Translations under genes and position numbers: made by a program
The notes under the pieces: generated by a model
The model's input: the letters and a program-made list of their open reading frames with translations, nothing else
Databases searched by the model: none
Told to the model about the DNA's origin: nothing
Shown here: piece by piece, positions 13,086 to 26,571 of the stretch
Layout of the letters: the number at the start of each line of letters is the position of its first letter
Numbering within the stretch: the stretch's first letter is position 1
DNA from: Yuukianura sp. NJ FZ-2021
Taxonomy: Eukaryota
DNA: 64,000 nucleotides
NCBI GenBank assembly: GCA_046563655.1
Contig: CM102286.1
Coordinates: 992,001-1,056,000 of the forward strand
Direction: 5' to 3'

Positions 13086-14860
13086 CATCAAACACTAAAC
13101 ACATTTTTCGATTGTCTTACCCGCACCACTTAAAACCTCGCTTTTCGAATTTTGAAACTCATGTGGTCAATACTTTTTGGACAAAAGAAGCATAAAACTC
13201 CAAAATTAAAAATTAACTAAATTTGACTACAAATGTTTTGTCTCAAAAACTTTTTTGTCTAACTACAACGGAATAAATGTTGTTGCTGCTGCAGTACACG
13301 TTTACGTTTCCAATTTTTTTTACGAGGTCTTTTTAAATCGATCAAATGTTTTTAAGTAAACATCGAAGTGGTTTGTTGTCTTAATCTGATCAATTTTTTA
13401 CACATGACGCATTCGATATAGTTGGACTATGTTCTTGTTTACATTCAAAACATATTTCAACTCAAATTGCCAATTGGAGTGATGTATGCACTCGCTTCTA
13501 TACAATCTTCGATTTAGTTTCAACCATAACTAGGAAGACAATTTTTGTTGCTCTTTAAAAAACTGAAGTTTAAAAAATGAATATTTGGTTTTTAACATCT
13601 TGGGTCAATTTGCATGCAAACCTTTGGCTTTCTCCTTTTGTGTTCACATCAGAATTTCCACCAGTGATGGCAACAGTATCTTATAATGGAAAATGGGGCA
13701 TTGCAAGGCAATACCTAGAAAACATTTTCAAAATTCTGGCAGTGACCGAATTTGCATTTGTGGGGCTTCGATACATGCAATATTTGCTCGGATCATTGAC
13801 CTTGGAAACGCAAGATTCGTTGTTGCTTACTGCCAACATCCTTAGCCTGCTCATATACTTCTTGATAAACATTGCGTTTTTCAAGAAAGAGGAAGATTGG
13901 GCCTACTTTGTGAATTTGTTCTTACGATTTCAATCTGAGAGTGAACGTACGTGTGTTTTGATACTTTCAGTTAATTGCGATTATTTTAATTGAATGAAAT
14001 TGAGTTTTTTTTTCTAAGGCGCATATGGAGGACACCACTTTCGAAGAATATGGAAGTTGTATAACAATATTTATTGCTACTTTTCCGTGTCGACCCACGT
14101 AAATGTATTTACTGTTCCACTGTTGGCAATATTCGGAAAACCAATACCAAAGTTTCAGTTGAGCACTTTGATGTTCGGACAACAATTGCGTGGAATCGGA
14201 ATCGCCGAACAACTTTTCAATTTTGCAGTCATTGCGGTGGCCAAGGGTCTACTTGTACATCTAAGTTATATTTCAGGAATTTACCAACTGACTACTCCAA
14301 AGACGTGCAGATTGATGCTACAAACGTAAAAAAAAGTTGACTAAAATGGAAACACGATGACGATTCATAAATGTAGTTTCTTTTTAATTGTAGCGACCAA
14401 TCATATGCGGAGTTTGAGCGGGAATACCAACAGAGGGCTATTCTAAACAGAATTTACAACAATTGGTATCAAACTGTGGTGATCCCGGCATTTCTTGCAG
14501 TACACCATTTTAAGCCTAATTCCCAATGACTGCATCGGACGGACGGACGCTGCATGCGATTGCAGCGCGGACGTACGTCCGTGCAGTGCGAATTCGGAAG
14601 GTGATTCCCAGTGGCTGCTCCAACGCATGCATTTGCATCGCCCGACGTACGTCGGTGCGATGGTACGATTTTCCGCTGCAACCCGGTTCTCACTGCAATC
14701 GCAACGCTGCACCCAAACAAATAATAACATCTGTTGTTGATTTTTTGACTTTCCGTTTTTGTTTTATTGTTCACTGTTTCACTGTTTTAACTATTCTAAC
14801 TATAAAACAAGTCCCCGAAAATTCTAGAACACATTTTATTTTTAATAACTAACCTAGGCA

Positions 14861-16636
14861 ATGAATCTCAGAAACTACAAAAGGTCAGGTTTAGCAAAGG
14901 TTCTGACGTCACTGGTTCTGAGCAGTTGTCTTGAAGCTCTTGAGAAAGCTCATCGTTCTAGAAGAAGATACTGGATCCGTCCATTTCTTCGAATGAGAAA
15001 GAAGAGAGGAGACTTCTATATTGCAGTAAGTGATTGTACAATAACCTAACATAACCTAACTTACAGATAAATCGAGTCTTAATTGTCATAATTTAAAAAC
15101 GAATGAAATTATGTAGGTCCCGGAAATGATGTCCATGGACCCGCAGTTTTATTTTGAGACCTTTAGATTGACACCACAACGATTTGAACATTTGTTGTCG
15201 CTAGTGGGACCAAAGTTGGTTTTTCGTAGCATACGAGAATCGATTTCCGCGTCCGAGAGACTCCAAATGACTTTGGTGTAATTCCATTATGTATAATGAA
15301 CTTAAAATATAACCTATTTTTCCATCACATTAATATTCTACTCTATTATTTATTAGGTATCTTGCAACCGGTGATCAGCAAAAGTCAATCGCGAAAAATT
15401 ACCGCGTGGGACGAAGCACTCTATGTAAAATTATCCACCAAACATGTCAAGCAATCTACGAAGCCCTGTACGACCAATTTCTAGCTGTACCAAAAATGGA
15501 GAATTGGTTAGACATTGCCAACGGATTCCAGGAAGTCTGGCAATTTCCACACTGTCTCGGAGCAATTGATGGCAAGCACTTTGAAATCCCTGCACCACCA
15601 AACTCTTCCAGTCTGTATAGAAACTACAAGGTAAACATTGTCAAAACATGATTATTATTCTTATAACCTATATAATCAAATCAAACAATGCTAACCTAAA
15701 CATAATGAATATGCTAGGGATACTTTTCTGTTGTGATGCTGGCAACTTGTGATGCCTACTACAACTTCACAACTATAACAGTTGGATCATCTGGATCAGA
15801 AAATGATGCTGGCATTTTCCAAAGAAGTACACTTGGCCGAAAGGTAGTAATTCCATCAGTAAAACCAAAAGGAATTCATGACTAACCTACTTAAAACATT
15901 TGAATGATTCTTAGATACTCGCAAACGATCTAGACCTGCCAGAACCCAAGAATGTCACAGGCACTTCATTTATGATGCCGTACGTTTTTGTAGGAGACGA
16001 AGCGTTTCCTCTGCTCAAACACTTAATGCGCCCGTTTCCTGGAGAGGGATTAAATCTTGAACGTCGTGTTTATAACTACAGGTAAACATTAAGTCTTTCT
16101 GAGAATTTAGAATCCTAACCTATGTATCCAAAACTATTCAATAATTAAACAATTTTTATTCTAAAGGCACAGCAGAGCACGACGTGTAATCGAGAATACA
16201 TTTGGTATTCTCGTTTCAAGGTGGAGGCTTTTGTTGTCACTCATGAATATGCTTCCGGAATATGCAATTGAAGCCATTAAATGCTGCGTAGTACTTCACA
16301 ACTACCTCCGGCATGACTCTTTGTGCAATAGGTTAGGAGCAAAACGTACACAGCTAGTACAAACTTAATTCACAATGGGCTAACTATTTATAAGTATGAT
16401 TTGGTTTAAGTTTATACATACCAAATGGATTTGTGGACACCGAGGATCCAATGACTGGCCGAGTTGTTCCAGGCCGGTGGAGAGAAAATGTTGAAAATCA
16501 AGAAAAACAGCAGCTGGAGAGACAAGGATCCAATAACTACACAATTGAGGCTGCCAAGCTACGTCAACAGTTGCTAACATTTTTCAATGAAATAGGAATT
16601 GTACCTTGGCAATACGAGTTCTCTTGGTATCATTAG
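14861..16636 (+). CDS. Harbinger DDE transposase (HARBI1-like), 7 exons
   Basis: YLATG, FPHCLGAIDGKH, NYKGYFSVVMLA.CDA, GSENDAG, VGDEAFP, SRARRVIENTFGILVSRWR, VLHNY. No stops after splicing. Confidence 0.93.
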
Positions 16637-16752
16637 GTTAGGCTAGAACTGTAAACAGAATTTATTTGATCAGTGAATAAGTCTAACCTATGTGTAGTAC
16701 AGGCGTTATTCCGTTAAAATAGAATTACATATACATATCCGATAACTAGAAT

Positions 16753-17781
16753 TTAAGTTTGTGTAACATAAACAAAATCTGGCACTCTTGACGCCTTGAT
16801 GGATTTAATTAAATCCATCACACCGAACTTCAATGTATCTTGTTCTGTCTCAGTCATTTTTGCCATTTCACTGGAAATGTACACAGCAAACGGGTCAACC
16901 TTTTCGTCGGTGGTTGAAGTTTGAAGCATTTTGGTGCATTTATCGATTACGGTTCCCCATTGTCCGGCTGTGGTTTGTTTTTTTGATCTACCCTATCAAA
17001 TCAAAACACGGAATAGAATTAACAAATCATATGGTTTAATTACACAGTAGGATAGCTTAGGGTGATAACCTAGCATACATTAGGTTAGGCTAGCATTATA
17101 ATTGTTAGATTTTACTCGTACCTTTGCATGCTCGGAGTACCAAACATGTGGGCGCTTAAGTTTCGGCGTCGGAGCATTGTTCAAATCCAATGACTGATTG
17201 GAATCATCCTCTTCCGTATTTTCAATTTGTGATGACGCAGGTGATTCCGGGTCCAGCTCTGAAGCAGTTTCGTCAAATGACCTGTCTTCCGTTCCTTGGC
17301 TGTCATCATTGAAATTGTCAGTTGTACTAGATAAAGGTGTTTAGTTTTTTAAGATAGGTTAGGTTTTAAACTTTTGTAGATTCCATTAGTTTTTTGTTAA
17401 CCGATTACCGTTTTGGGATGTTGTGCTCCGCAAGAAACATCAGAGACTCGTACCATTTCCAAATAATTGGAATCCCATCCAGCCCGTCACCACTTTTACC
17501 TCCTTTGCCTCTGTATTTGCGGTAGAACGTGTCTCTCAAGCTCCTCCACCGCTTTTGACAGGTCTGAACTAAAAAACCATGAATTTAAAAGCCAATTAGA
17601 TTAATTTAAGCTTGTTAGGTTAGTATTAGTAAATTTAATTACCCGCCGCTCCTGATTCTTCGCTAACTTCGTTCCAGGCTTGACCAATGATTTTCGACTT
17701 TGAATGGTTTTCGTTACCCTTATCATAGATACAAGGCCGAATGTAAACCGCGGTAATTAACTTCTCCTCGAAGTTAGACAT
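16753..17781 (-). CDS. Harbinger Myb/SANT (MADF) DNA-binding protein, 4 exons
   Basis: MSNFEEKLITAVYIRPCIYD..AWNEV..CQKRWRSLRDTF..WKWYESLMFL, then an acidic linker and a helical C-terminus. Confidence 0.88.
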
Positions 17782-19165
17782 TTCAAACTAATAATCTATA
17801 CACGGAGGATTTTAGGTTAGATTAATAAAACTGAATGTTAATTGTACAATCAAACAAGATCAAACTTCACTTTTTAATTAATTAAAATGAAAACAGCATA
17901 GAATCTATATAATTAAATATTTCCCACAGCTGTTTGAAATTTTGAATTTCCGCGACATTTCATGCAGCGACGGACGCAAAAGTTGAGTTTTTTCAACTCA
18001 TGCGATTTTGCGAAAATCGCATGACGGATCGACGTATCCGATTTTCGCATGCGTCGATCGCATTCCGGTTCACAATTGCTGACTGCAAGAAATCGCATGC
18101 GTCAGCGATTTTCGCATGACGCATGCAGTGGACGCAAACCGGTTCTCACACTTTCAATGCGAATTCGCATGCTGCATGCGAATTCGCATGCGATTGCAGT
18201 CATTGGGAATCAGACTTTACCTGGATCAGAGACATCTCCATTTTAGTTCGCTTCTTCTCCAAAGCCTCAGCTGCGGACAATATTGTACGATGTGTTGTCG
18301 TAACTTCGCAGGCAGTAATTGGTGTGGCACTTTGTGCAATTCCTGCTCAAGTCTACCGTGAAAGTTCAAAGTTACTGGAATTTTGGAAAAGGGAAACGGA
18401 TGGCATAGGAAACGTGTTGAATCGCCGAAGGATCTTGCGCAGTTTGGTACCATTTGGAACACATTGCGGCAACTTCTTTGTAATTCAACCAAAGACGAGA
18501 CTAACCTACCTTCGCATGGTATTTGACAACACTGTTTACGTGCTGTTAACATTCTAACTAAAAGTTGGTTTTTCCATAAAACACTTAAATAGTTTTCGAC
18601 GTCGTAGTTTGCAGGGTTGAAAACTGGACCTCGCAAATTGCGAAGTTTTTATTAGAAATAAAAATATTTTAAAGTGAGTCGTCGATAAAGCCGCATAAAT
18701 TTTGCAGTTTTCCTTGAAAAGGAACGACAGTTTTTTTTATTAGAAATTATGATATTAGTTATTAATTAACAAATAGATATTAGTTTATTAATAAATAAAA
18801 AATATTATAAAAAATATAATAATGTAATAATAATAATATGTGAATAATAATCAATCGCTTTTGTCCATATGTGGTGTGATCGGTTCTAGGTGTGTGTGAG
18901 TAAGCGTTTGTCAAACCTGAAAATTGTTGCTTGTTCTGTTTATGTTATGCTAATTAGGACGATTAACGACAGGAAGAGTTCAACTCGCATTGCAGTCGCA
19001 GTCGGAGAGCCAAGCGCCCTTTGTAAGTTCATAAACAGCTGCTTCCAGATTTTTAACGATTAGTTAGAAAGGTTAGTCTTGCAATTACTTAATATTGTAT
19101 CTGCATGGCTTTAATAATGCTGGTAAAAGATTGTTTTTGTAAATTCTAGATACCGTTTGGGGGTC

Positions 19166-22100
19166 ATGGCACACCGAGAATCAGGCGATGGCAGAGGCAG
19201 ATCAAGAACCACTGGTGACAACGACGGCGATGTAGAAGCAACGTTTCAAGAATACTTGAGACAATGTCAACAACAAGCTGCTGATGATGATACGGTAATT
19301 CGCACTGGAATAACTGTAGTTATTCATGAATACAATTATTATACACTGAATTTGTCTTTCGTAGCACTCTTCTCCTGGAACAAGCGAATCAAACTCTTCA
19401 GCATCTACGGTCATCGATGCATTTGCGAGAATGTCAACAAGAGATGATAATAGAAGCACCTTGCCCAATGAACCATCGCCATTTGCTTCCGGAGTTCCGC
19501 CGAGTCGTGGCAGAGGAAGGGGGAGTGGGAGACCCTTCGACACAGATTCGCACTCAGACTATTCTCCAGGAATGACCCCTCAGCCTAGGTCTCCCTCACA
19601 CATCTCACCGCCGCATGGTGGAGATCGTCCATCGTTTGGAGGTTTGTGATTTAGCATTGTATCATTCAAGGCACCGTGAAACGTGAATCTAACCGTACTT
19701 TTGTTTTACGACCAGGATCAAGTTTGGGCAGAGGTCGTGGTAGAGGCAGCACAGTATTTCCCGAGGCTGTTTTCAGACCAGCAGCGGAAATTCCTATTCC
19801 AGCCTTGAAGCCATCCAAAGGCAGAGGTCGCGGGACAGTTCGACACTTGACCTTGGACGAACCCGGCCCAGGCTTACCAGTAGTAGACCAACTTCCAAAT
19901 CCAGAACAGAGCATGGCACGTTATGATGACGCTCCAGAGCCTGAGCGTGAAACGATTATTCGAAAAGGAGACAAAGGAATAGTGTAAGATTTGTTACTGA
20001 ACAATGACTTTGGATATAATTTCATAGTAACTTTTTAACTTTGTTTTAGAATTCCGGTCACTGCCAACTTCATTCGTCTCGCCGTAGAAAAGGGACGCGG
20101 GCTTTTCATGTACCACGTAGACTTTGAGCCAGAGTTGGCATCAGTTCGTATGAGGCGGTACATGCTACAAGGTCACGATAATATCCTAGGAACAGTGCGA
20201 AACTTTGATGGGGCCAAATTGTACTTGCCGTTTCAGCTTCCTGACTACGAGGTTAACTTAACTCCTGTGATTTTCTTAATATTCCAATAAAGTCATGTTT
20301 ATTTTATTAGACTGTGCTGTACACGACACATCCGACGGAGATTCAACAAACTGTTACGATTACTATTCGTTTCATAAGAGAGAATCGCATGGATGAAAAT
20401 GTTCATTTTTACAACGTCTTATTTAGACGAATCATGGAGAAACTTGGAATGGAGGAAGTCAATCGTAACTTTTACGACTACAGAGCTCGGCATCGACTAC
20501 CAGTTCATAGGTTAGTTAACATCTTACACCAGAATTGACCATTTTCAAATATGATTTCTTATTGTACGAGGCAGACTGGAAATTTGGCCTGGCTATGTTA
20601 CAGCAGTGGATGAATTTGAAGGGGGACTCATGCTTTGCTGCGACGTTTCACACAGAGTGTTACGGACAGCGACTTTGCTGGATGTTTAGTAAGCGATACA
20701 TGACTCAACTCTGCTAAACTTGAATTGTAAAAGGTTGCTGTTGCAAATGTATGTTTAAATTGCTGTAGCAATGACATGCACCATGAAAACAGGGGTAACA
20801 CAGAAAGGTTTCGACAGATGTACCGAGATTATGTAGTGTCCAAAGTCGTCTTGACCAGATACAACCGAAAGAACTACAGAGTGGATGATGTTGATTTTAC
20901 ATTAAACCCACGATCAACGTTTGAATTGGGATCAGGAGAACGGGTAAGCTGCAAAAATACGTTGCAGAATCAAGTACTCTTAAATCTAAGTTGGCGATTG
21001 TTTACTTTTTTAGATTTCGTATGTGGAGTACTACAAAAATCAGTACAATATCACCATCACTGATCTGGACCAACCGCTGATAATTCACAAGCCAAGGCCT
21101 CCCAAAGTGCCTAGAAAAGACAGACGTCCAGTAAGTTCCAACAGAAGTGACTCTTCACTAAACAAAACGTTTTTACATCGATTTTTTGTCATTTCAAATC
21201 GATCTTTGTTTAATTTTAGGTTCTGGAACTTGTTTGTTTGATTCCTGAATGCTGCAATATGACTGGACTCACAGAAGAGTTGAAGAAAGACCACAAAGTG
21301 ATGCGAGATGTCGCCGAGCACACTCGTGTCCCACCGCATCGCAGAACTGTGGCAATCCAAGAGTTTGTCAAAACCGTAAAAGGTAAAGAGTTCAAAATAC
21401 TTTCCCATCTGCATATATTTTAAATCAACTTTGTTGCTTTGCTCTCTGTTTATAGCAAATCCAGAGGCTGCTGAGCTGTTGACAGGATGGGGCTTAGCTT
21501 TAGAAGATGCTACAATTGAATTACCCGCCAGACGTATAGCCCCACCGCACATTGTAATCAACCAAGGCAAAATTCTGACTAAACAGTTCGACTTTACTCG
21601 GGATGCTATGCAAAATCCATGCTTGGAGCCTGTAAGCCCTTCATGATTTTTTTTAAAGTTTAAAGAAATGATGAATTTTTCAATATTTTTTTCAGATTCA
21701 TGTCCGACAATGGGCAATCTTTTGTACTTCCTTTGACAGACCAAAAGCAGAGACATTTGTTGAGCACTACTTCATTGTGTGTCGGAATATTGGAATCAAT
21801 GTACTTGGGAATCCAAAAATTATACCAGTACATGGGCAACAAAGGCGTCTTGTCGAAAGTTTTTCTCGAACCATTATGGAAAACTTGACGAGCAATGTAA
21901 GTCACATGATTAATTTGTCTAAAAATTTTTCAGATTTTGAGAGTTAATTTTTATTTCTCATTTCAGCTCCAATTTGTTGTGGTGATCGTGCCAGCTGAGA
22001 TTGGCGAACTCTACGAATCTATCAAGAGAATTTGTTGCCTTGAACGTCCAATTCCATCTCAAGTTATTCTTGCCAAAACTCTGGGAAATGAACGTCAAGT

Positions 22101-23277
22101 GAGATCAATTGTGTCCAAAATCGCATTGCAAATTAATTGCAAGTTGGGAGGAGCTTTGTGGACAATACGAATTCCCCTGGTCAGTTTAACATCAATTGAA
22201 TCAACAAAATGTAAATTGACTTTCGTGATTGTGTATTTCAGGGTGAGAAGATTATGTTTGTGGGCATGGATGTTTACCACGATCCGAAACGACGGAATCC
22301 ATCGATTCTTGCTCTTGTTGCTTCGTTGAATGAGATGCAAACAAAATACTTTTCTCGAATTGTGTCTCAACGGCGTCACCAAGAAATCGGAGATTCTTTG
22401 AAATCAATTTTTGCTGATTGTCTCAAAACATTTCACAAGGTACAAAGTATTTATTTTGAAATCGACGTGACCTTGACCTTGCAATGTCATTTTGATCTTT
22501 GCAGTGTTCTGGAGTTCTACCAGACAGAATTGTTGTGTTTCGTGATGGAGTTGGGGATGGTCAGTTGGATCTTACAAAAGACACTGAAGTTGTGCAAATG
22601 TTGGACGTTCTGAACAGAATGTACACGGAAATGCCTAAATTCACTTTCACCATTGTCCAAAAACGAATATCGTGCAGGATTTATGGACAAGATGTAAATC
22701 GATTTACGATTTTCCAATTGGTTTGAGTTTTTATGAAAAAATTTTTCAAGAAAATATTGTTGTTTTTTCAACATTTCAGCCCGATACTGGCAGATTCGTG
22801 AACGCTCCTTCTGGAACAGTGCTGGATCACACCGTGACAAGGAAATACTTGTACGATTTCTTTTTGGTGTCACAACTTGTGTTGCAGGTCATTGTCAAAT
22901 GAAAGTATATGCTGTTTAATTATTTAACTTAATTATTTATTATATAATATTTGTTTTTTTTAATCAGGGAACCGTGAATCCTACACATTACATTGTACTA
23001 GAAGATATTGGGAATGTACAGCCAGATTTGATTCAGAAGTTTGCCTTTGCGACGTCCTTTCTGTACTACAATTGGGCAGCGCCAATTCGCGTTCCAGCCG
23101 TGTGTCAGGTAAAAAGTTTGATTTTTGAATTGGCTTGACATTGTACATTTTTTATGATTTTGCGTGACTTATGTTTTCCGAATGTTTCAGTACGCTCACA
23201 AGTTGGCATTCTTGGTTGGGCAGTACATCAAGGAAGCTCCAGCAGACGCTCTCAGTTGTCAACTGTACTACCTTTGA
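19166..23277 (+). CDS. AGO3: PIWI-clade Argonaute, Ago3/Piwil2-like, multi-exon
   Basis: N-terminal GRGRG motifs, WPGYVTAVDEFEGGLML, PAZ (VLTRYNRKNYRVDD), PSQV, QINCKLGGALW, catalytic GMDVYH / QEIGD / FRDGVGDG / YAHKLA, C-terminal LYYL*. Confidence 0.9.
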
Positions 23278-23622
23278 ACCACATTTATTTACTTCTCCAT
23301 GTTTAATGTTAATCTCATTTCAAACTTGATATTTTTTAAAAACTTCTAATTTCTAGAATTTTAAACTCAAGTCTATATTAAAAAAGATGATTTTAAAGTT
23401 ACATTTTACTCACGAAGTATTTGGTGATACTTTTACGAAAATAAAGCCTAAGCCTACTAAATATAAGCTGTTGTAGTGTTGTACCTTTATTTAATAGTAG
23501 CTTGAATAGACGCCAAAAATAATCTCATCTCTGTTCTTGTGAGGAATTTTTTGCTCAATCTTTTATCTCTTTGTGAAAAATAATGTTGTATACAGGTTTT
23601 GCACAGAAGTTCTTCAACAAAG

Positions 23623-23636
23623 GATAGCGTGGCCGA
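23623..23636 (+). pseudogene. 5' fragment (nt 1-14) of an interrupted tRNA-Leu(AAG)
   Basis: GATAGCGTGGCCGA matches the tRNA-Leu 5' end. GATAGCG pairs with CGCTGTC at 26935-26941. Confidence 0.85.
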
Positions 23637-24210
23637 TTGACCACACGCCTGCGCCTCCAAACGCCCTGACACACTATGCGGCCATATTTTTCATTTAAAT
23701 GTATTTATTCTACCAAGACTAGGTTCGGTCATATCTTACCCAAATAAAATAAAAGTATAACAGGAAATGAAATCTAGTTATAACGCTAGTTGTGGATTCT
23801 AAAACAGTCTATAAAGCACTAGTATGGCTAAAACTCTAGGTAAACACTACAATATTGGATTGCAAAACTTATCCGTTCCAGTTCACTTGAGCAATATTCG
23901 TCGCCTAGCAGTCATTGTTCCTGTAACCTATTAGATTTACGGGAATAGTACTACAGAGCTCCACATTAATCTCTGAATTACTTAGGCCGACATAAATTCT
24001 AATATATTGGCTCACTAGAAACTTTAAGTAAATGGAACCATCTAAAGGAGCACGTTAAAGTTTAAGTTGAAGATCGCTACCATCACAAAACATTTAGGAA
24101 ATTAAACATACTAATGAGAAGGTTCGTATGATGTAGGACATCAGACTGTAACGTAACGAAAATCCAAGTTCAAAAAGCGGTCGTATCAACATCAATTGGC
24201 ATTTCCATGT

Positions 24211-26381
24211 TCAACTGCCTTCGAGACCTTCCACTAATGAATAGATTTCATATTCAGCTCCAAATTGATGTGCGTAGAGGTTGTGTACCAAATCCTGGTC
24301 TCGTTCGTTGTCCTTCACGTTGAAAAGATTGTTTATCAGCGAAATTGCGTACCCGCTTCCTTCAATTTCGGATTCTGGAGCTTTTCTTCGGAGGAGAAAA
24401 GCAATCATAGCGCACTGGATGGAGATTGATTCTATGCGGAGTCCGTTCTCTTTGGTCACTTTCAAAATCGGTTTTCTCTTCATTTCCTTCCCTTCGTCAA
24501 TTCCAATGTCGTTGCAATAGATATGAACCGAGTAAACTGGCGACGATGCGAGTGTTGCTGAAGTATGAGTCCTTGCGGAACGGTTAGATAGTTTGGCACC
24601 GATGTAATAACCGTCATATTTTGCTCGACTGTAGACGTACAAATCTTTGGATAAGTCAATCTCTTCAGTATTCCCAATCTTGATAAAAATCGGGTCCAAA
24701 TCAGTTCGAAGTGCAGGAAGTGGCTTTGATCTTAGGCCAACCTCAAATTCCTTCATGTACTTTGTCAATAATTCTCTATTTTTGGAAATGCAAATAGAGG
24801 TCATGAAGTTGATGAATTTTCCCCTCTCCTCGGGAAGATGTGACTTGAGATATGCTGCCGTCTAATATAAATAACCAACCTTGAATATAATCTTTGGCAG
24901 CACAACATATGGTATGAGGAGCTTAAGTTAATGCTAGTTCTTACAGAAATTGCTGCAAATTCACTCATAGCATCCTCCTTTGTCTCAAAAACCTTGACGA
25001 TGGGCGACCTTTGAGCTGCAACAGGACATTTTTGTTGAATAAGATATTTTGTGTTCTTCCACAAAAGTAGACTCTTAGTTTTGATTTCATCTGTAGCATA
25101 GAGTGACGTTGCCGCAAAGGACTGCGTGACCGCCGAGAAGAATGTCTTTCCTCGGTAACGGACAGAAATCCAAGCAACAGTGTAGCACTTGGTTGTGCCA
25201 CAACTTATACAGACAATCCTCTGTCCGTACCACCGCACATTTTTGTCATACGAAAAGCACTCTGCGTAAAAAATAAACAAACAATACATGAGATTGAGAT
25301 TACGTAAACTTAATGTTAACTGTTTAATTTGAGTAACCTTGGCAGAGATTGAAAGAGTGGTTGGATCCCCTGCAGACCAAATGCTTCAAACCCTGATCAC
25401 TCTTGCCAACTTTGAATCGCAGGTTAGGGTATTTCGGAAGAACAAAATTGCCCTTCAAGGCTAGACATTCTCTGTAGTGCCTAGGTTGTAGGACTCCAGT
25501 AAATGGTTGTTGTCGGCTCGCGCGTCTCAACTTAGTCAGAATACCCTTCGCCGCTAACGTGCCGATATGTTTGGTCGAATCTTAAACCAAAAAATGTTTG
25601 ATCTTTTGTTAATATTAATAAACTAGAAGTAAGTTTAATAAAGTTGAAATTATAGCATACTTGGCCTGTCATATTGCATTGAAAAACTCCGTCCTTTCTC
25701 CAAGATGTAGATGTTTGGTTCGTCCGTACTGATATCAAAGAAGTCGACGTCATCCGCCTAGAAATATAACACACCGCGCAGTTGAGTCATACGTATAAGT
25801 GTTATACCTTCAAACAAGAGCGTTTTTCAATAAAATCCAACGAGGTATTTGTTTTATGGTTTGTAGTTGCTGAAGTTAGTACCAATATTGCACAAATTGA
25901 GAGTACAACGCAACACGTTAATAGAAAAACTGGCTTCAAGCAAATGGTATGACTTTAATTAAATTTGTGTTGTCGCTTACCGCTGGCACTGGTGGGACGT
26001 ACCCCAAGGTCTCAGGAGTCTAATTAGAAAAACTTAAAACGTTACTGAGAGTCCATGGAATACCGCCATTTCATTTTTTTTTTGTAATTACCACTTCTAC
26101 CACATTTTGTGTGGCTATGTACTGTTCATCATCGTCCGTGTCTTGTGACACATCATGTTCTGACTGAAATACAAAAAGAAACAAACATATAACGTCATTC
26201 CCACAAGCACATTTAACAACTTTTGCTTAAATTGTATGAATCCCGCAATTAACCTTACCTCAAGAAGCCGACGACCCGACTTGTAAACACAAAACGGAAG
26301 AGTAAGATCTTCTTTTGCATATTCAACGCGGTCATCACTGGAGTCGTTCAATGTCGGATCGTCTTCGGCACTAGAAGACAT
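24211..26381 (-). CDS. Uncharacterised ~500-aa spliced protein inside the tRNA-inserted element
   Basis: In-frame GT..AG exon chain: acidic N-terminus (MSSSAEDD..), Cys/His cluster (LVCRGSNHSFNLCQEC..VCISCGTTKC), and a ~215-codon last exon. Small N-terminal exons are uncertain. Confidence 0.65.
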
Positions 26382-26571
26382 CTTGTTGAGGGATGACAGG
26401 AGAACCAACGGAGAATGACAATGGCAGCTCCGTTTCAAAAAAATGAACTTAAAAATTTAAACTTTAAATGCACTTTAGTTTTAGAAGAGATGAGAAGACG
26501 GAAGTTTTTTATTCGCTTACCATTAGAATTCATCACAGTAGAATCTTTTGAGACCACTTCCAGTACCGAAT

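Larger units (their letters stand above)
14513..18216. mobile_element. Autonomous PIF/Harbinger DNA transposon
   Basis: TIRs AGCCTAATTCCCAATGACTGCA / TGCAGTCATTGGGAATCAGACT, TTA target duplication (14510-14512, 18217-18219), and two convergent genes (DDE nuclease and MADF). Confidence 0.95.
13577..18557 (+). pseudogene. Gustatory-receptor-like copy 3, last exon interrupted by a Harbinger element
   Basis: Removing 14513-18216 and one TTA restores ..FLAVHHFTWIRDISILVR.., collinear with copy 2 LVLHHVIWVRRIYVAVR. Confidence 0.8.

Noticed and set aside
14443..14852. Cys/Arg-rich ORFs at the Harbinger ends (also 17913-18361)
   Set aside because: Chance ORFs over GC-rich subterminal repeats of the transposon.
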